NCBI GenBank assembly: GCA_030770535.1
Contig: JASVEC010000016.1
Coordinates: 744,001 to 808,000 of the forward strand
Reading direction: 5' to 3'
Length of the DNA stretch: 64,000 nucleotides
Source of the DNA: Batkoa obscura
Lineage: Eukaryota
Below the pieces are notes generated by a model. The model had not been told where the DNA came from, did not search any database, and saw only the letters and a list, made by a program, of their open reading frames with translations. Made by a program: the position numbers and the translations under genes. Positions within the stretch are counted from its first letter, which is position 1, and every line of letters begins with the position of its first letter. This document shows, piece by piece, positions 50,748 to 62,844 of the stretch.

Positions 50748-52702
50748 TTATGGAATTGTATGAACTATGTTTGGCATTAAATTATAATCTTTTAATAATT
50801 TACGGAATGCTAATTGTATAGCTTTAACCTAATTCAAATTTTATACTATTAATTTAAATTTATTAATCATCAAAAAATAGTTTACCTTTTTATCATCTTT
50901 TGAATAAATTGTTAATGAAATTTCACTAAATTGCTGAGGTACCATGGCACTAACATTATCTTTAGGTATATAATGACCAGCTATAATTTAATTTATTATT
51001 AGTTATATTTGTTATAGATATTATATTATTTATTTACTATTTAAATCATGTCTTGAGTAAAATTTCACATAATCTACTGGATTTTTTTCTCCTTTACCAA
51101 AATTCAATTTAAACCAATCTACTATTATATCTTCATTATTGATTGATACTTCAGAACTACTTTGATAGTTTGATATTAATTCAGGTGTAATTATATCCTA
51201 TATTAACAATAATATTGTTAATAAGTATATATTATTATATGTTTTATATTTTATAGTATGTTTAATTTTTACCTTTGTAATCTTATCTTTATATTGAATT
51301 GGTATCATTATTTGATCAACAAATTTATACAATTGTCTTTTACGTATTCTTTTAATAATTTGTCTACTTTCTTTTAATTCCTAAATAATTTAATGGTTTG
51401 ATTATGAATCAATAATGATAAGTAATAATTTATTACCTCTTCTTTTGATTTTTCAATTTCTTCAATGATATTATCATTTAAATATAAATATTCTTCTGGA
51501 TTAAATATCTTATCCGATAATTTTAAGGTTGGTTCTGCTTTTAAGAAGATATCAACAATCATCATGTCCATGGATCGACCTATTAAACAAAAGTTATATT
51601 TATTTCATTGGTTCTATTTGTTTATTAAACTTACAAGTTTTATTAGCACAAACTTTTTTAAATAAATTATATCGAGTACGAAACATATCATAAATATTAT
51701 ATACTTCTTTTTGATGATAGCAAATTTGATTTTCTATTACTCGGCTTAAACTTATTAATCTAAAATAATATTATCATCAATTTATTATTATCAGTGCTAT
51801 ATAAATATATTACTATTATTACCTATCTAAATCGAAAGAATTTTTCATGCCCAAGTTATAACAATCTCTTTGAATATAATCAAATTTATCCACATCCATA
51901 GAATTTCTTTTATTAGCTACAATATCAAATAAAAAACCTTTCTCCCTTTGATTACTTAATATTGGATCTTCTCCCAATATTAATTGTTTAATGTATTTTA
52001 CTTGTCCTTCTTCGATTTCGATATTATTATCATCAATTAAATAATCCAACATCATATTTGAAGCTTGTTCATGATTCCAATTTAATTCTGGTCTAAAATT
52101 TAGTAATTAATAAAAAACTAATTATCATTTATCGATTGTTATTTATAATTATAAATTTACCTAACTCTTTTTATAAACTCATTATCAAATAAATGACTAA
52201 AAGGACCATGACCTAAACTAATAAAACTAACTCTTCAAATAAAAAACAATATCTCACTTACCTAAATCATGACATAAACCAGCCAACTTAATCGATTTTT
52301 TATCATAATAATTAATGTCCAATTCTGGTTGAATTTCTCTTAAATGTTGAATATAAGTACCAGCTAAATGAGATACACCTGAATTAAATAATGTTATTAT
52401 AAAACTCATTGAAACTTTATTTTAAATTAATTCAATTTACCAATAGAATGTTCAAATCGTCGATGACTTGTACCTGGGAATACCATATAGGCATTACCAT
52501 TTTGATGTAAATTACGTAGCCTTTGAAACTGAGGTGTATCAATAAAATCTTTAAGGTAGGGTTCTAAGTTGATATAACCCTATTATGTGTTTTTTAGTAT
52601 GATATGTGTTATTATTATTGTATTTGTTACATGAATAGGATCACTTATATGGATAGGGTTACTTAGTTGAGTATCGTCGAAATCGTTAACGATTTTATTC
52701 AT
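50748..52702 (-). CDS. SAMHD1-like HD-domain dNTP triphosphohydrolase, many exons
   Basis: [78 protein letters not shown]. Confidence 0.92.
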
Positions 52703-52911
52703 TTTAAAAATTAAAAGTTAAAAATTGCTAAAAATTTTGGATGTTAATAACATAATGTCATAATGTTATTAAACTATTTTTAACTTTTTAAAAACGCATT
52801 TTTACTTTCAAATCAAGTTAAATAATGAAAAAATCAAATAAAGAAATAAAAAACAAAAATTTAAAAAAATATGACTATATAATTTTATTATTACTACTGT
52901 TATTATTATTA

Positions 52912-54394
52912 TTAAAGTAAATTTTCTTTCAATATCAACAAAGATATAAGTATCCAAATATTCATTACTGATAACGAATAACCTTTAGAATTGGTAGGTA
53001 AAGTACCATCTTCCAACATATCTTTAGGACAATCACTTCGAATATTGCAAAAGGCGGCTTGAGGAGCACATACTGCTCTCTTTTTATAATCAATTTTCGT
53101 TTGAGATGCAGTAAATTCAATTAATTCTTCTTTATAACTTTGTTTATTAAAAGAACCGCCTAATTGCCAAAAAAAGATACCAGCTAAATCTTTTAATTCA
53201 ATATAATCCAATACTTCTTTAATTGAAATTTCATCACTATAAGTTAAAAATTCATTGGTTTGATTATTATATAGCCAAGTAGCCTTACTAGTATCATCCC
53301 AATATCTTGTAAAATTATCATTAGTTAAATATTTTTCTTTAATTGTATTATAAAATATAGGTTCAAATTGTTGATTGGAAGTGGAATTAGCTGCTTTAGG
53401 AATTTGTTTAGCTTTTTGAAATAAACCTCGATCAATTTCATTGCTTCCATTGTTTGTTGTTGTTGCTTGTGTTTTGACCATAATTCCATATAATGGTTGT
53501 CCGATTATTATTTTATTATTTGGAAAATACTTCAAAGCTTCAGTAACTGTATCATTAATAGACATAGCACCATAAGATTCAGAGGTTGTAAATAAAGGTG
53601 AATTATGTAATGCTCTATCGGAACCTGGAGAAGCATCATATGTCATTAAATTAATAAAATCTACTTGATTAGCTAATTTTGGCATAATCGATTTAGTATC
53701 GTTGGTTTTAAAAGCAGAAGGTAATAAAGCTACCGATATTAAATATCTTTTGCTGTATTGATAATTATTTAATTCGTTTCTAGTCTGTGTTAATAAATTA
53801 TTAAAATTATCCCATTCTTTGGAATTTGTCGGATACTCCCAATCATAATCAATGCCATCCATACCGTAGTCTAATGCTAATTTAACACAAGATTTAGCTA
53901 AATTATTAATACGATCTTTACTACTTGTCGCCATTGTAAAATTTTTTTTACTTATATCTGAAGCACCTCCTACACTCATTAATATTCTCATATGAGGATT
54001 ATCTTTTTTTAAGCCAAATAAAGCACCATAATTTCCATTTCCACGAGCATCTGAATTACATGAAGAATTACCATTGTTTCCTAATTTAACTAAAGGTAAT
54101 GCCGTTTGATCTTGTGTATCATAGAATAGATCCTGTACTACACATTCTGCTCTTTCTCCATGAACTACTGCAAAGGCATAAATTGTGTGTGTTAATCGTG
54201 GTGATACATTAGTTACATTGATTCTTGCTTCAATTGGGGTTTGACTTTGTGTATGAAAATATCCCATCATGAATCTAGATTTACTATTAGTGCTGTTAGT
54301 ATTATTATCTTTAGGTCGATATGTTTCGATGGTAATATTATTGCCAGTAGAAGAAGATGTTGAAGCATTATTGGATTTCGTTGTTGGTGTAATT

Positions 54395-54444
<50 letters not shown>

Positions 54445-54507
54445 TAGTTGAGAATAAATGAAGTTGCATTGTATAATGAAGATAAACAAACTGGCGATAA
54501 AATTCAT
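52912..54507 (-). CDS. GH18 chitinase, secreted and probably GPI-anchored
   Basis: Signal peptide, SVGG, DGIDYDWEYP catalytic motif, NLMTYD, GIFFWQ, hydrophobic C-terminus. ATG at 54507. Confidence 0.92.
54397..54444 (-). repeat. (AAT)16 microsatellite encoding poly-Asn
   Basis: Seen directly. Confidence 0.9.
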
Positions 54508-56214
54508 ATTATAAAATAAAATATAGAAAAAACAAAGAAAGTTCAAATGGGGATAGAAGTATTAATATAGTTAGATATAAAATTATTTTTTTTTAAAAAT
54601 AGGAAAAATTGATAAACTATTAAGTTGTATTATTATTATGTTATAAAGTTTCAAACTTCTTTTTATAATAACTTTAATTAATTATTATTAGTTTATAATA
54701 ATTTCAAATTATCTCTTTTTTTTTGATTTATTTTTTAATAAATTTTTGTAAATTTGAATAGTTTTATATCTCAATCAACCTATTAAATCATTCCATTTTG
54801 AGCTTTAGGTAAAAATGAGGGGTATTGGAATACATCTTTTTCAACTTTGTTACTACTAATTTAGGTAGTAAAACTCAAGTTCAATAACTCAATACTCAAT
54901 TAATATTCAAAAATATATTGATTTGAGTATTAATAAAATAAAAAAAGGAAGCTATTAGCTGGGGTTAACATATTTATAGAACAATTAAAATAGCTTGTTC
55001 GAATCTTATGTATATATTTGCTTATTTAGTATAGTAAAGATTAAAGATTTTTATACTAAAGCATTTGTTTGTGTAGTTATCAATTTCTAGTCTGATAGTT
55101 AATTCTATAGCAGATTAATATTGAAATTTTATACTAGCTTCAAAAGTTACTTTTTCGCAAAATTAGTTTTTATTTGCTTATAATATTATAATAGTACACT
55201 AATAGAAATTCGATCCTATTGTGATAATAATAGTACCATTTCAATTGAGCCAAGGAAAACCCCAAATAAAAAGAGTTGTATTTACTGTGGCTATCATTAA
55301 TAACTAAGTATTAAAAAATACTTTAAAAAATTCATCAATACTAATATTCTCTTATAAAAAAACATGTTTATAACGTATAACTTTTCTCATGTGGAAAGAA
55401 CTAACAGTTTTCAAATTATTTTACAAAAATAGTAAGTTTTCAATTCTAATTTGATGCATACTAAATTTTAGCTTTAACCGAAAATTTTTGATAAAATAAC
55501 ATTCTGAGTTTGAGTTTCGTCACTTTTATTCTAAATGTAGTTTTGAGCTGGAGATAATTTAATTAAAACTTAATTTGCTTGAAAAAAAGATTATTGTTGA
55601 AAGTAGGACACTATTTAAGAAATTATTTAGACTATAAATAAACAAAATTTAAACACATTTATTCATTTCCAATTACATTTCAACTATCTTTTATCTCTTT
55701 GTTTATATCAAATGACAATGAGTTTTTTCCCTAAATCTATAACAACCAAACTATTTAAAGTGATTCTTATTTAAAACTAGTATTTTTTTAATATTTTATA
55801 ATCACTTTACCCATTTGGTAGACAGTAATGACTCATTTGTGTATTATGGTATTGAGCTGGTATAAAATTCAAAGTAATAGTGTAACAATACAATCAAATT
55901 ATAAGAACTATCTAGAAATAGCACTTAATGATCTAAATTGAATTTCTATTATTAATTCGGTTAAAGTAGACTTTCAAACTTTTATTTAGTTTTAGTTTTA
56001 TTTAAAGTCTTCTTTAATACTGGCAAATGTGATATTCTTTAATGCCTTCTAAATGAAAACTTCACTAAATTAAAAAAAGGATTTTACTTTAAATCAAATA
56101 GTAAAAAAAAGCATTAGATAAAATAAAAGATATTGATTGATTAATTTTAAAATTCAATATCCTTACTTACAAGTATAACAAGATTGATAACTCAACTGTT
56201 AATAATAACGAAAT

Positions 56215-57312
56215 AGATATAATTTTTAAAAAGCATAAAAAATAACAGAAATACAAAGCACTAGAAAATATTTAAATATTAAATATAGTGATAAGCTATA
56301 TCATCATCCAGTATCTCATAAACTAAAAAAAAGTAATATAATCTTAATTAAAGTTATAAAGTCTATAGAAAATAACAGGAAGCTCAGAAGCTTCAATATT
56401 TACTAAGTAAGTAAGCAGTTTATTAAATGATAGAAATCAATCATTAAGTGCTAACATTACTCAAGTTACTAATGGCTAAGTTAACAAATAATCAAAGAGT
56501 GAGTAGTTATAATAAATGAAGACTATTATTATATTGTTTATATTACATAAAAATAGTTAATTATACCTTTAAGACTAACTAATCCTTCTCATGAAATTAC
56601 TTATTAGCTTAGTAATATATTAATAACTATTGTGAAATCTGGTACTTAGTAATTAGAGTCAAGAACAGCTATTGCTGGGTTGACTACACTATAAGTCGAA
56701 AAGTCTTAGTTTATGTGACTAAGATGGACTTGGATTATGAAGAATAGCACGTAATAGGCTATGGACTATGTAAGACAAATAGAATAGACGATACTAATGT
56801 AAAATCTATGCAAAATACTATTAAGTAAACTTATTGACTTTATTAAATGTACGAGGTATCAGCAAATAATTCAGTTAAAAAGCCTTGAGTTGCTATGTTT
56901 TAAAATCTCTTTTATACTCTGACAAATATAAATATCAAAACGAGAGGATAATATCCTTTGAGACGAAGATAGAAATTCTCATAGTAAATTAAACTAAAAG
57001 CGTGGGATTGATTGTCTCTGAACTCGAGAACACGACAGCTTAGGCGATTATTATGCTATAATTAACCATGGGGCTGACAAAGCAATATTTCATACTATAA
57101 CATTAAAATAAGTCATTTATTTAATAACAGATTTGCAATGTTGGCTACAAAGCAGTCAATAGTAAACATTTCTTAATAAGATTTTATAGTAATATTTATT
57201 TATTTATATATTACAGCTTTGATTAATATTAATATATAGGCTATATTAGTAGAAGCCTTTCTAATCTGGGAATTTCTACTAAATTTAATAAAAACTCTGC
57301 TAATTTACAATA
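56215..57312. repeat. Second copy of old repeat family B, interrupted by a solo LTR
   Basis: Reverse complement aligns to 26700-27357 on both sides of the LTR. Confidence 0.72.
56631..57094 (-). mobile_element. Solo LTR (464-bp long variant) with CTAT target duplication
   Basis: Homologous to 27690-28089. ctat at 56627-56630 and 57095-57098. Terminal CA mutated to TA. Confidence 0.92.
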
Positions 57313-57411
57313 TGGGGTGTTTTTTTTAGCTTTATTGCTTTTTCCATATTTTAAGTACGATTTGAGCAGAAAATTTGCTAGTAAAATTATCAAACAAAAA
57401 AATATATTCCT
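57313..57411 (-). mobile_element. MITE-like family A copy
   Basis: Reverse-complement match. Confidence 0.72.
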
Positions 57412-57772
57412 AATATAAATTATAATAAAATGATTTAAAACTGTGTTGGATACTTTTGCTTTCTAATAAAGAACTTATTTTTACAGAATCTTAACCAAGT
57501 TTTTAAAGTATATATTTAAAAATCAAGTGAAAGAATGAAACCAATTCGGACATCCACATATATTAAGCTTCCAAAAGGATTAGAACCCGGATCTTATGAG
57601 ATGGGTTATATAATTAAACAGATGTCCAACCAAATCAGTCTACTTTTGAAAGACAGCTCCATATGATTGACTCATACGCCGAATTTTATAAATTGGTTGT
57701 GTGCACCATCAACTGTACTACAAAGTAGTTTTTCCTAAAAACATATTGGAATTGTATTTAAACAAAAATATT

Positions 57773-57868
57773 TAGGGATGTGTTTTTTCTCTAAGGATTT
57801 TACTGTGAATTTTTCTACCTAATAGCACTTAAGAAGTGGAAAAAATAATGAAACCAAAAAACACCGCA
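57773..57868 (+). mobile_element. MITE-like family A copy (diverged)
   Basis: Match to consensus. Confidence 0.7.
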
Positions 57869-58574
57869 TATTTAGATTTTTAATAGCAACACACTTTTTT
57901 TTTAAAATGTATAATCCTAGCGATTTAGGTTGCAAGCAAAAATAACAAAAGCTCAACAAAATGCTAGAAATTTGTAGTATTTTAGCTTTTTGATTGCAAT
58001 TGCTAACCACTGGAGTTTCATACTGTAAAAAGAGTATATTTTTAATTGAAAGCTCCTTTTTACGAAGCTAAAATGTTCAAAATTTTATATCCCAATAAAT
58101 ATATAAACAGTTCAATTTAGTCTAAATTAATAGTAAAATAAGATTTCAGCTTAATTTTGAATTTTTATCAAGTAGGCGTTTAAAGAACTCTTCAGACTAG
58201 AATTTATTTAAATGAATGTATGAGAATCTAAGGAAAATTAAGTAAAATATTTAGCTGTTTTAAATGCATTTCAAATATGTTTACCTCTTTATTTGTAATA
58301 AATGACCACCAGTTATTTTTATCAAGCTCTTAGCGATTGTACTATTTTAGGTAATTATTACAAAACCATTTTATTTTTTAAGTTATCTACAAATATTTTA
58401 CAAGCTCAGTTGGTAATAATTGCTTATTTATATGTTGTATTGTTTAACTCATATCAAATTAGAAATAATGTTTCATTTAAGCATTTGATAGTAGGTCTAT
58501 ATAAGACGTGATGGAAGTTAAATAATTAAATAGTTAAATATTAAAGTAAAAAGTTTGCTGTTTTAAAAGATAAA

Positions 58575-59843
58575 ATGAGGAATTTGAGTATTGTCTACCG
58601 ATTTATTTTTTTAAATTTACTTAATTTTTGTAGGCAATCAAATACCATCTAATAAAGTTAAAGCAAGTGAAAGTAATGATGAAGCAAATTTATTTATTTC
58701 AAGGTAAATAGTAATTGATACTAAGTTATGTTAAGTATTTAATTCTAGGAATGAAAACGAAGCTAATATCAATGAGTTGTTTTATTATAATAAAATAGAA
58801 ACGGATTTAAACCTCAGTGAGCCATTATTGTACCCAAGTATATATCAAGAAGATATGTATGGTAATTTTTATATTTACTTTACTTTATTATTTACAAAAA
58901 TAACTGACTTTTAAAGTATCAACTATGAATGATCCAAATTATTTAAGTATCTTAAATAATTTTACTTATATCAAGTTAGTACAAAATTACTAAATATTGT
59001 TTTAACTATAATTTATCTAATAGTGATTATAATATAGATAATTACTTTACTGAAAATCAAAATTATGAATCTTTATTACAACATAATTATTATTCCGAAA
59101 TATTAAACATTTTATCAACTGACTATACCGTGGATTGGTATCAAATTATACAAAGTAAATTTCAATAACAATAGCAAATATCAAACTAACTGAGTTTTAT
59201 TTAGATAACACCGAATTATTAAAGAACCAAGGTAAATAATGTAAAAATCATATTTATAAATAATGATAAATTAGAACTGTCTTACATCAATGATAATAAT
59301 AACAATGAGAGCGATAAAAGCACCTTTACAGCTAATACTGCTAATAACAATATTATTGATAATATCAAAACTAAAACTAAAAGCAGTCTACCCCTAAGGA
59401 AGATTGATCCAGATATTGAAATTTATAATCCGCCTAAATTTAAAGGAGATAAATATTCGCCATGTTTTATTAAAGGATACAAAGGAAATAAGAAAGGGAT
59501 GTGTCCAGAGTGTTATTACAAAAAGAATAAGGTCGTTTGGTTAAAGATGAAACATAGTGGGTATTGGTATCACATGAACAACATCCATGGTATTGCATCC
59601 AATGGATATGGATATAAAGAGCCTATCAAAACAAGAAGTATAGGAAAATTGCCATTATTATTTACTAGTGATAAATATAATGATGATAACCAAACAGACC
59701 AAGAAATAGAGATCTTACAGGGACTTTGTCATCAATGTTATCAATGGATTGATTTAAATAAATATCCAAATAAATCAAAGATTGAGAATTTATTATGGAA
59801 GAAACATGTACAAAAGTGCCATTTTAAAAAAAAGGTTATTTAA
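58575..59843 (+). CDS. Rua1/DUF4451 C-terminal domain protein (fungal Zn-binding regulator), multi-exon; 5' structure tentative
   Basis: DKYSPCFIKG..KGMCPEC..WLKMKHSGYWYHMNNIHGI..GLCHQCYQWI..WKKHVQKCH. Confidence 0.75.
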
Positions 59844-59898
59844 GCTGAAATAAACATATTTATAATTATATAATATATAGTCTATTTTTATTTCTTAT

Positions 59899-61404
59899 TT
59901 ATGATGGAATCGTTAAATAAACTTGATCAAAATTTTTAAATAAAATTGAACTAGCATTAGTATTATTAGTGTTGATATTAATTAAATTATTATAAAATTG
60001 AATAATTAATTGTTTTGGATAATACAAACTTATGATATTATCATCATTTAACCAATTTTCTATAATTGTACTATTCTCCTCCTTATTATAGTATATATAA
60101 CATTTCAACGTATGTTGTAAATGATTTTTGTTTTCATTAATATCATCATTCATGTTGTTATCATTCCTATTCCAAAGATAGACTTGCCAGTTGAAAACAA
60201 ATAACTATCAAATTAAATTAGCAACTCATAATAAGATAAAATCATAATAAACTTACACATAATATTACTCTACCAGTTTTCCAGTCTTTAAAAATAAATC
60301 TAGATGCAGCATTATATCGATTGTTGATACATAAATTTAATAATATTAATTTAATAAAATTTTTACTTTCAATAACTATCCCTTGACTATTGCTAAATAA
60401 ATATATTAGCCCTATCTATATAATATAAAATTAAGCTTTTTCTTACTTATTATCAATATTTTTTTGATTTCGACTAATTTTAACTGCTAATTTATGTAAT
60501 TTAACCACTCCTTTGATCTCTTTATCTTTCTCATCTTCTTCATTTTGTCTTAGCTCCACCATTCCAAGATAATTGTTACAACTGGTACAATTCATTGGTT
60601 TACTAATCTCATTCCCCATCCCCTCCTTTAACTCCTAAAAATTACATTAATCAAAGCTCCTTTTAAAAACAACAAGGACAAAAAAGTACTTACCTTCCAA
60701 CCCCTAACCTTCTTTCCATTTACTAGCAAATAATTGGAATCCACTAATAAGGTATCTTTATCTGGTAAAAATACTTTATTGATCACAGGTGTAAAATCTT
60801 CTTTATGACAGGTCCAACAATCAATTAACTCTTCCCATCCTTCACGTGGTAGATTCTTTAGTTTTTTGAATAGTCTTTTTGGGGCATCATCTAAACTTAT
60901 TTTAAGCTGACTCAAATTCTCTATCACTTCTGTTATATCTGAATCCCCGACAGTGGTGGCGGTAGTGACAATAGGGGCCGCTTTTGTGTCTTCATCTTCT
61001 CTAATAATCAAAGGACACTCACATTTTTCACATAAAACTTGTTGAACATTTAAAAAATCGGTTGCATTCCAATCTTGACTTAGTAAATTTTCTAGAGTTT
61101 CTAAATCGTCTTCTAAGTCTAATTCATCATCTTCCTTTATTTTTTTAAAATTTACTTGTAGTATTTGCGATGAAGCGTTAAGTGAATGATTGACAAGTTC
61201 GAGTTTGAAAGGTAATTGGAAATGTAATGGTGTGTTGGTTAAAGCGAGTTCCAAGATTGTACCGTTTTTGATGCTTAGTTGAAGATTGTTGAGGGTTATT
61301 GGTGTATTGAAATAGATATATAATTTATTAATTTGCTTTAGTAATTCTATTTTTTGAATACTTGATGTTATCACTTCTGTCTTTGCTGAATTGATATTCG
61401 TCAT
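59899..61404 (-). CDS. UBE3D/Ipa1-like HECT_2 (E2-binding) protein, multi-exon
   Basis: CEKC, LPREGWEELIDCWTCH, CTSC motifs. Confidence 0.8.
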
Positions 61405-61489
61405 TATAACAAAAGATCGAAAAGTGGGAAAAATAAATTTAAAAAACCCAAAAAAGGAATAAATGAGTCAGATTTATTTTTTAACTATA

Positions 61490-62686
61490 TTAAATACTCG
61501 CCATTTCTACTTCGTGAATAAAATCCTTTGTTAATTTCAAAAACTCTTCCCTGTCTTTTTCTGCTTCTTCATGATAATTATATGTTTTGTTAAAGTCGAC
61601 ATTCCTTACTAAAGGTGAATGTTGTAGTCGAGTACGAAATAAACGACCATATTTCGCTGGAAATAGTCTCATTAAAGGTTGAACTAAAAGTGTTGGACGA
61701 TGTCCAATTGTCCTCTGTTCTAAATAATACTTAATGTACTCTGAATAAATTTTGGAATAGTTTAATTGGCGACTATCACTGTAAAATTCTGTAGCTATTG
61801 CTCTTAAAAAATAGGGTTCATCTAATACTATTATTGAAAATAAAAAATTAGTTAATATATAAAATGACTGCAAAAATAGCTCACTTTTCCTTCCCAACAT
61901 CACCCCGTTGAGATTCTCATATTTACTCAAATGTCCTTTAATGTCCTCAATAGTCTTGACCCCACCATTAAGACTAAATTTAATATTTTTAAATCTTTCC
62001 GCTAACTTATAAACTCTCTCATAATTCAATGGAGGAATCGTTCTGTTTTTCTTTGGTGATAATCCTTTTAATAAGCATTTTCTAGCATGAACAACAATTT
62101 CTTTAATATCAGTACCCTTAGTCACCTTATCTACAAAATTGAATATAAACTCTTCAGAGTCTAAATCATCTACTCCCAATCGACATTTTATTGTTATAGG
62201 TAATTTATCCTCTACAGATTGCTCCATTGAGTTTATGAGTTGAATTACTTTATCACTATCTTTCATTAACATTGCACCAAAACAACCTGCTTGGACAGCG
62301 GTAGAGGGACAACCAAGATTTAAATTAATACCTTGATAATAATTTAAATTGGTAATAATCTTACATGCTTGAGATAATAGATCTTTATCTGAGCCTCCTA
62401 ATTGAATGATGATATTATTATTGTTATTATTCTTTAAGTTTTTATCTGTATTTAACAAAAAATTCAAAGTATTATTTTTATACATATTAATGATAGCTCC
62501 GCAATGATACATTTCGGTATATAATTGAATGTGTTGATTACCTATTAATTGTAATAGTTTGATAAAATGTGGTGTTGATATATCGATCATTGGAGCTACC
62601 GAGATCGTCGGTAAACTGGAATATGATTTATTATTCATTAATCGAATTGGGCTTAATTTTAATATAGTCGTTGTTAATTTATACAT
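61490..62686 (-). CDS. dusA: tRNA-dihydrouridine synthase, DusA type; probable intron 61828-61884; possible mitochondrial presequence
   Basis: SVAPMID, YTEM, QLGGSD, INLNLGCPS..GCFGAMLM, KCRLGVDD, VHARKCLLKGLSPKKNRTIPPLNYERVYKL, NGG, GVMLGR. Confidence 0.9.
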   Translation of the reverse strand: MYKLTTTILKLSPIRLMNNKSYSSLPTISVAPMIDISTPHFIKLLQLIGNQHIQLYTEMYHCGAIINMYKNNTLNFLLNTDKNLKNNNNNNIIIQLGGSDKDLLSQACKIITNLNYYQGINLNLGCPSTAVQAGCFGAMLMKDSDKVIQLINSMEQSVEDKLPITIKCRLGVDDLDSEEFIFNFVDKVTKGTDIKEIVVHARKCLLKGLSPKKNRTIPPLNYERVYKLAERFKNIKFSLNGGVKTIEDIKGHLSKYENLNGVMLGRKSELFLQSFYILTNFLFSIIVLDEPYFLRAIATEFYSDSRQLNYSKIYSEYIKYYLEQRTIGHRPTLLVQPLMRLFPAKYGRLFRTRLQHSPLVRNVDFNKTYNYHEEAEKDREEFLKLTKDFIHEVEMASI

Positions 62687-62844
62687 TTTATTTTATTATT
62701 TATATTCTATACACTCTATATTATTTATGTTAAGTAAAAGATAAAATGTCTAATACAAATTTTTTGAAAAATATAAAAAATAAGCCAATCAAATAAAAAT
62801 ATTTATAAATTTAATTTATTATTTATTAAAATAATAATATTAAA

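Noticed and set aside
18597..62686. tRNA-iMet, ELP1, PUS7 and DusA as a tRNA-modification gene cluster
   Set aside because: Spread over 44 kb with many unrelated genes between; compatible with chance apart from the ELP1/PUS7 orientation noted.
4664..62686. Bacterial contamination as the source of mscL, ABM and dusA
   Set aside because: mscL and probably dusA have spliceosomal introns, and all three sit among eukaryotic genes and host repeats with host-like base composition.
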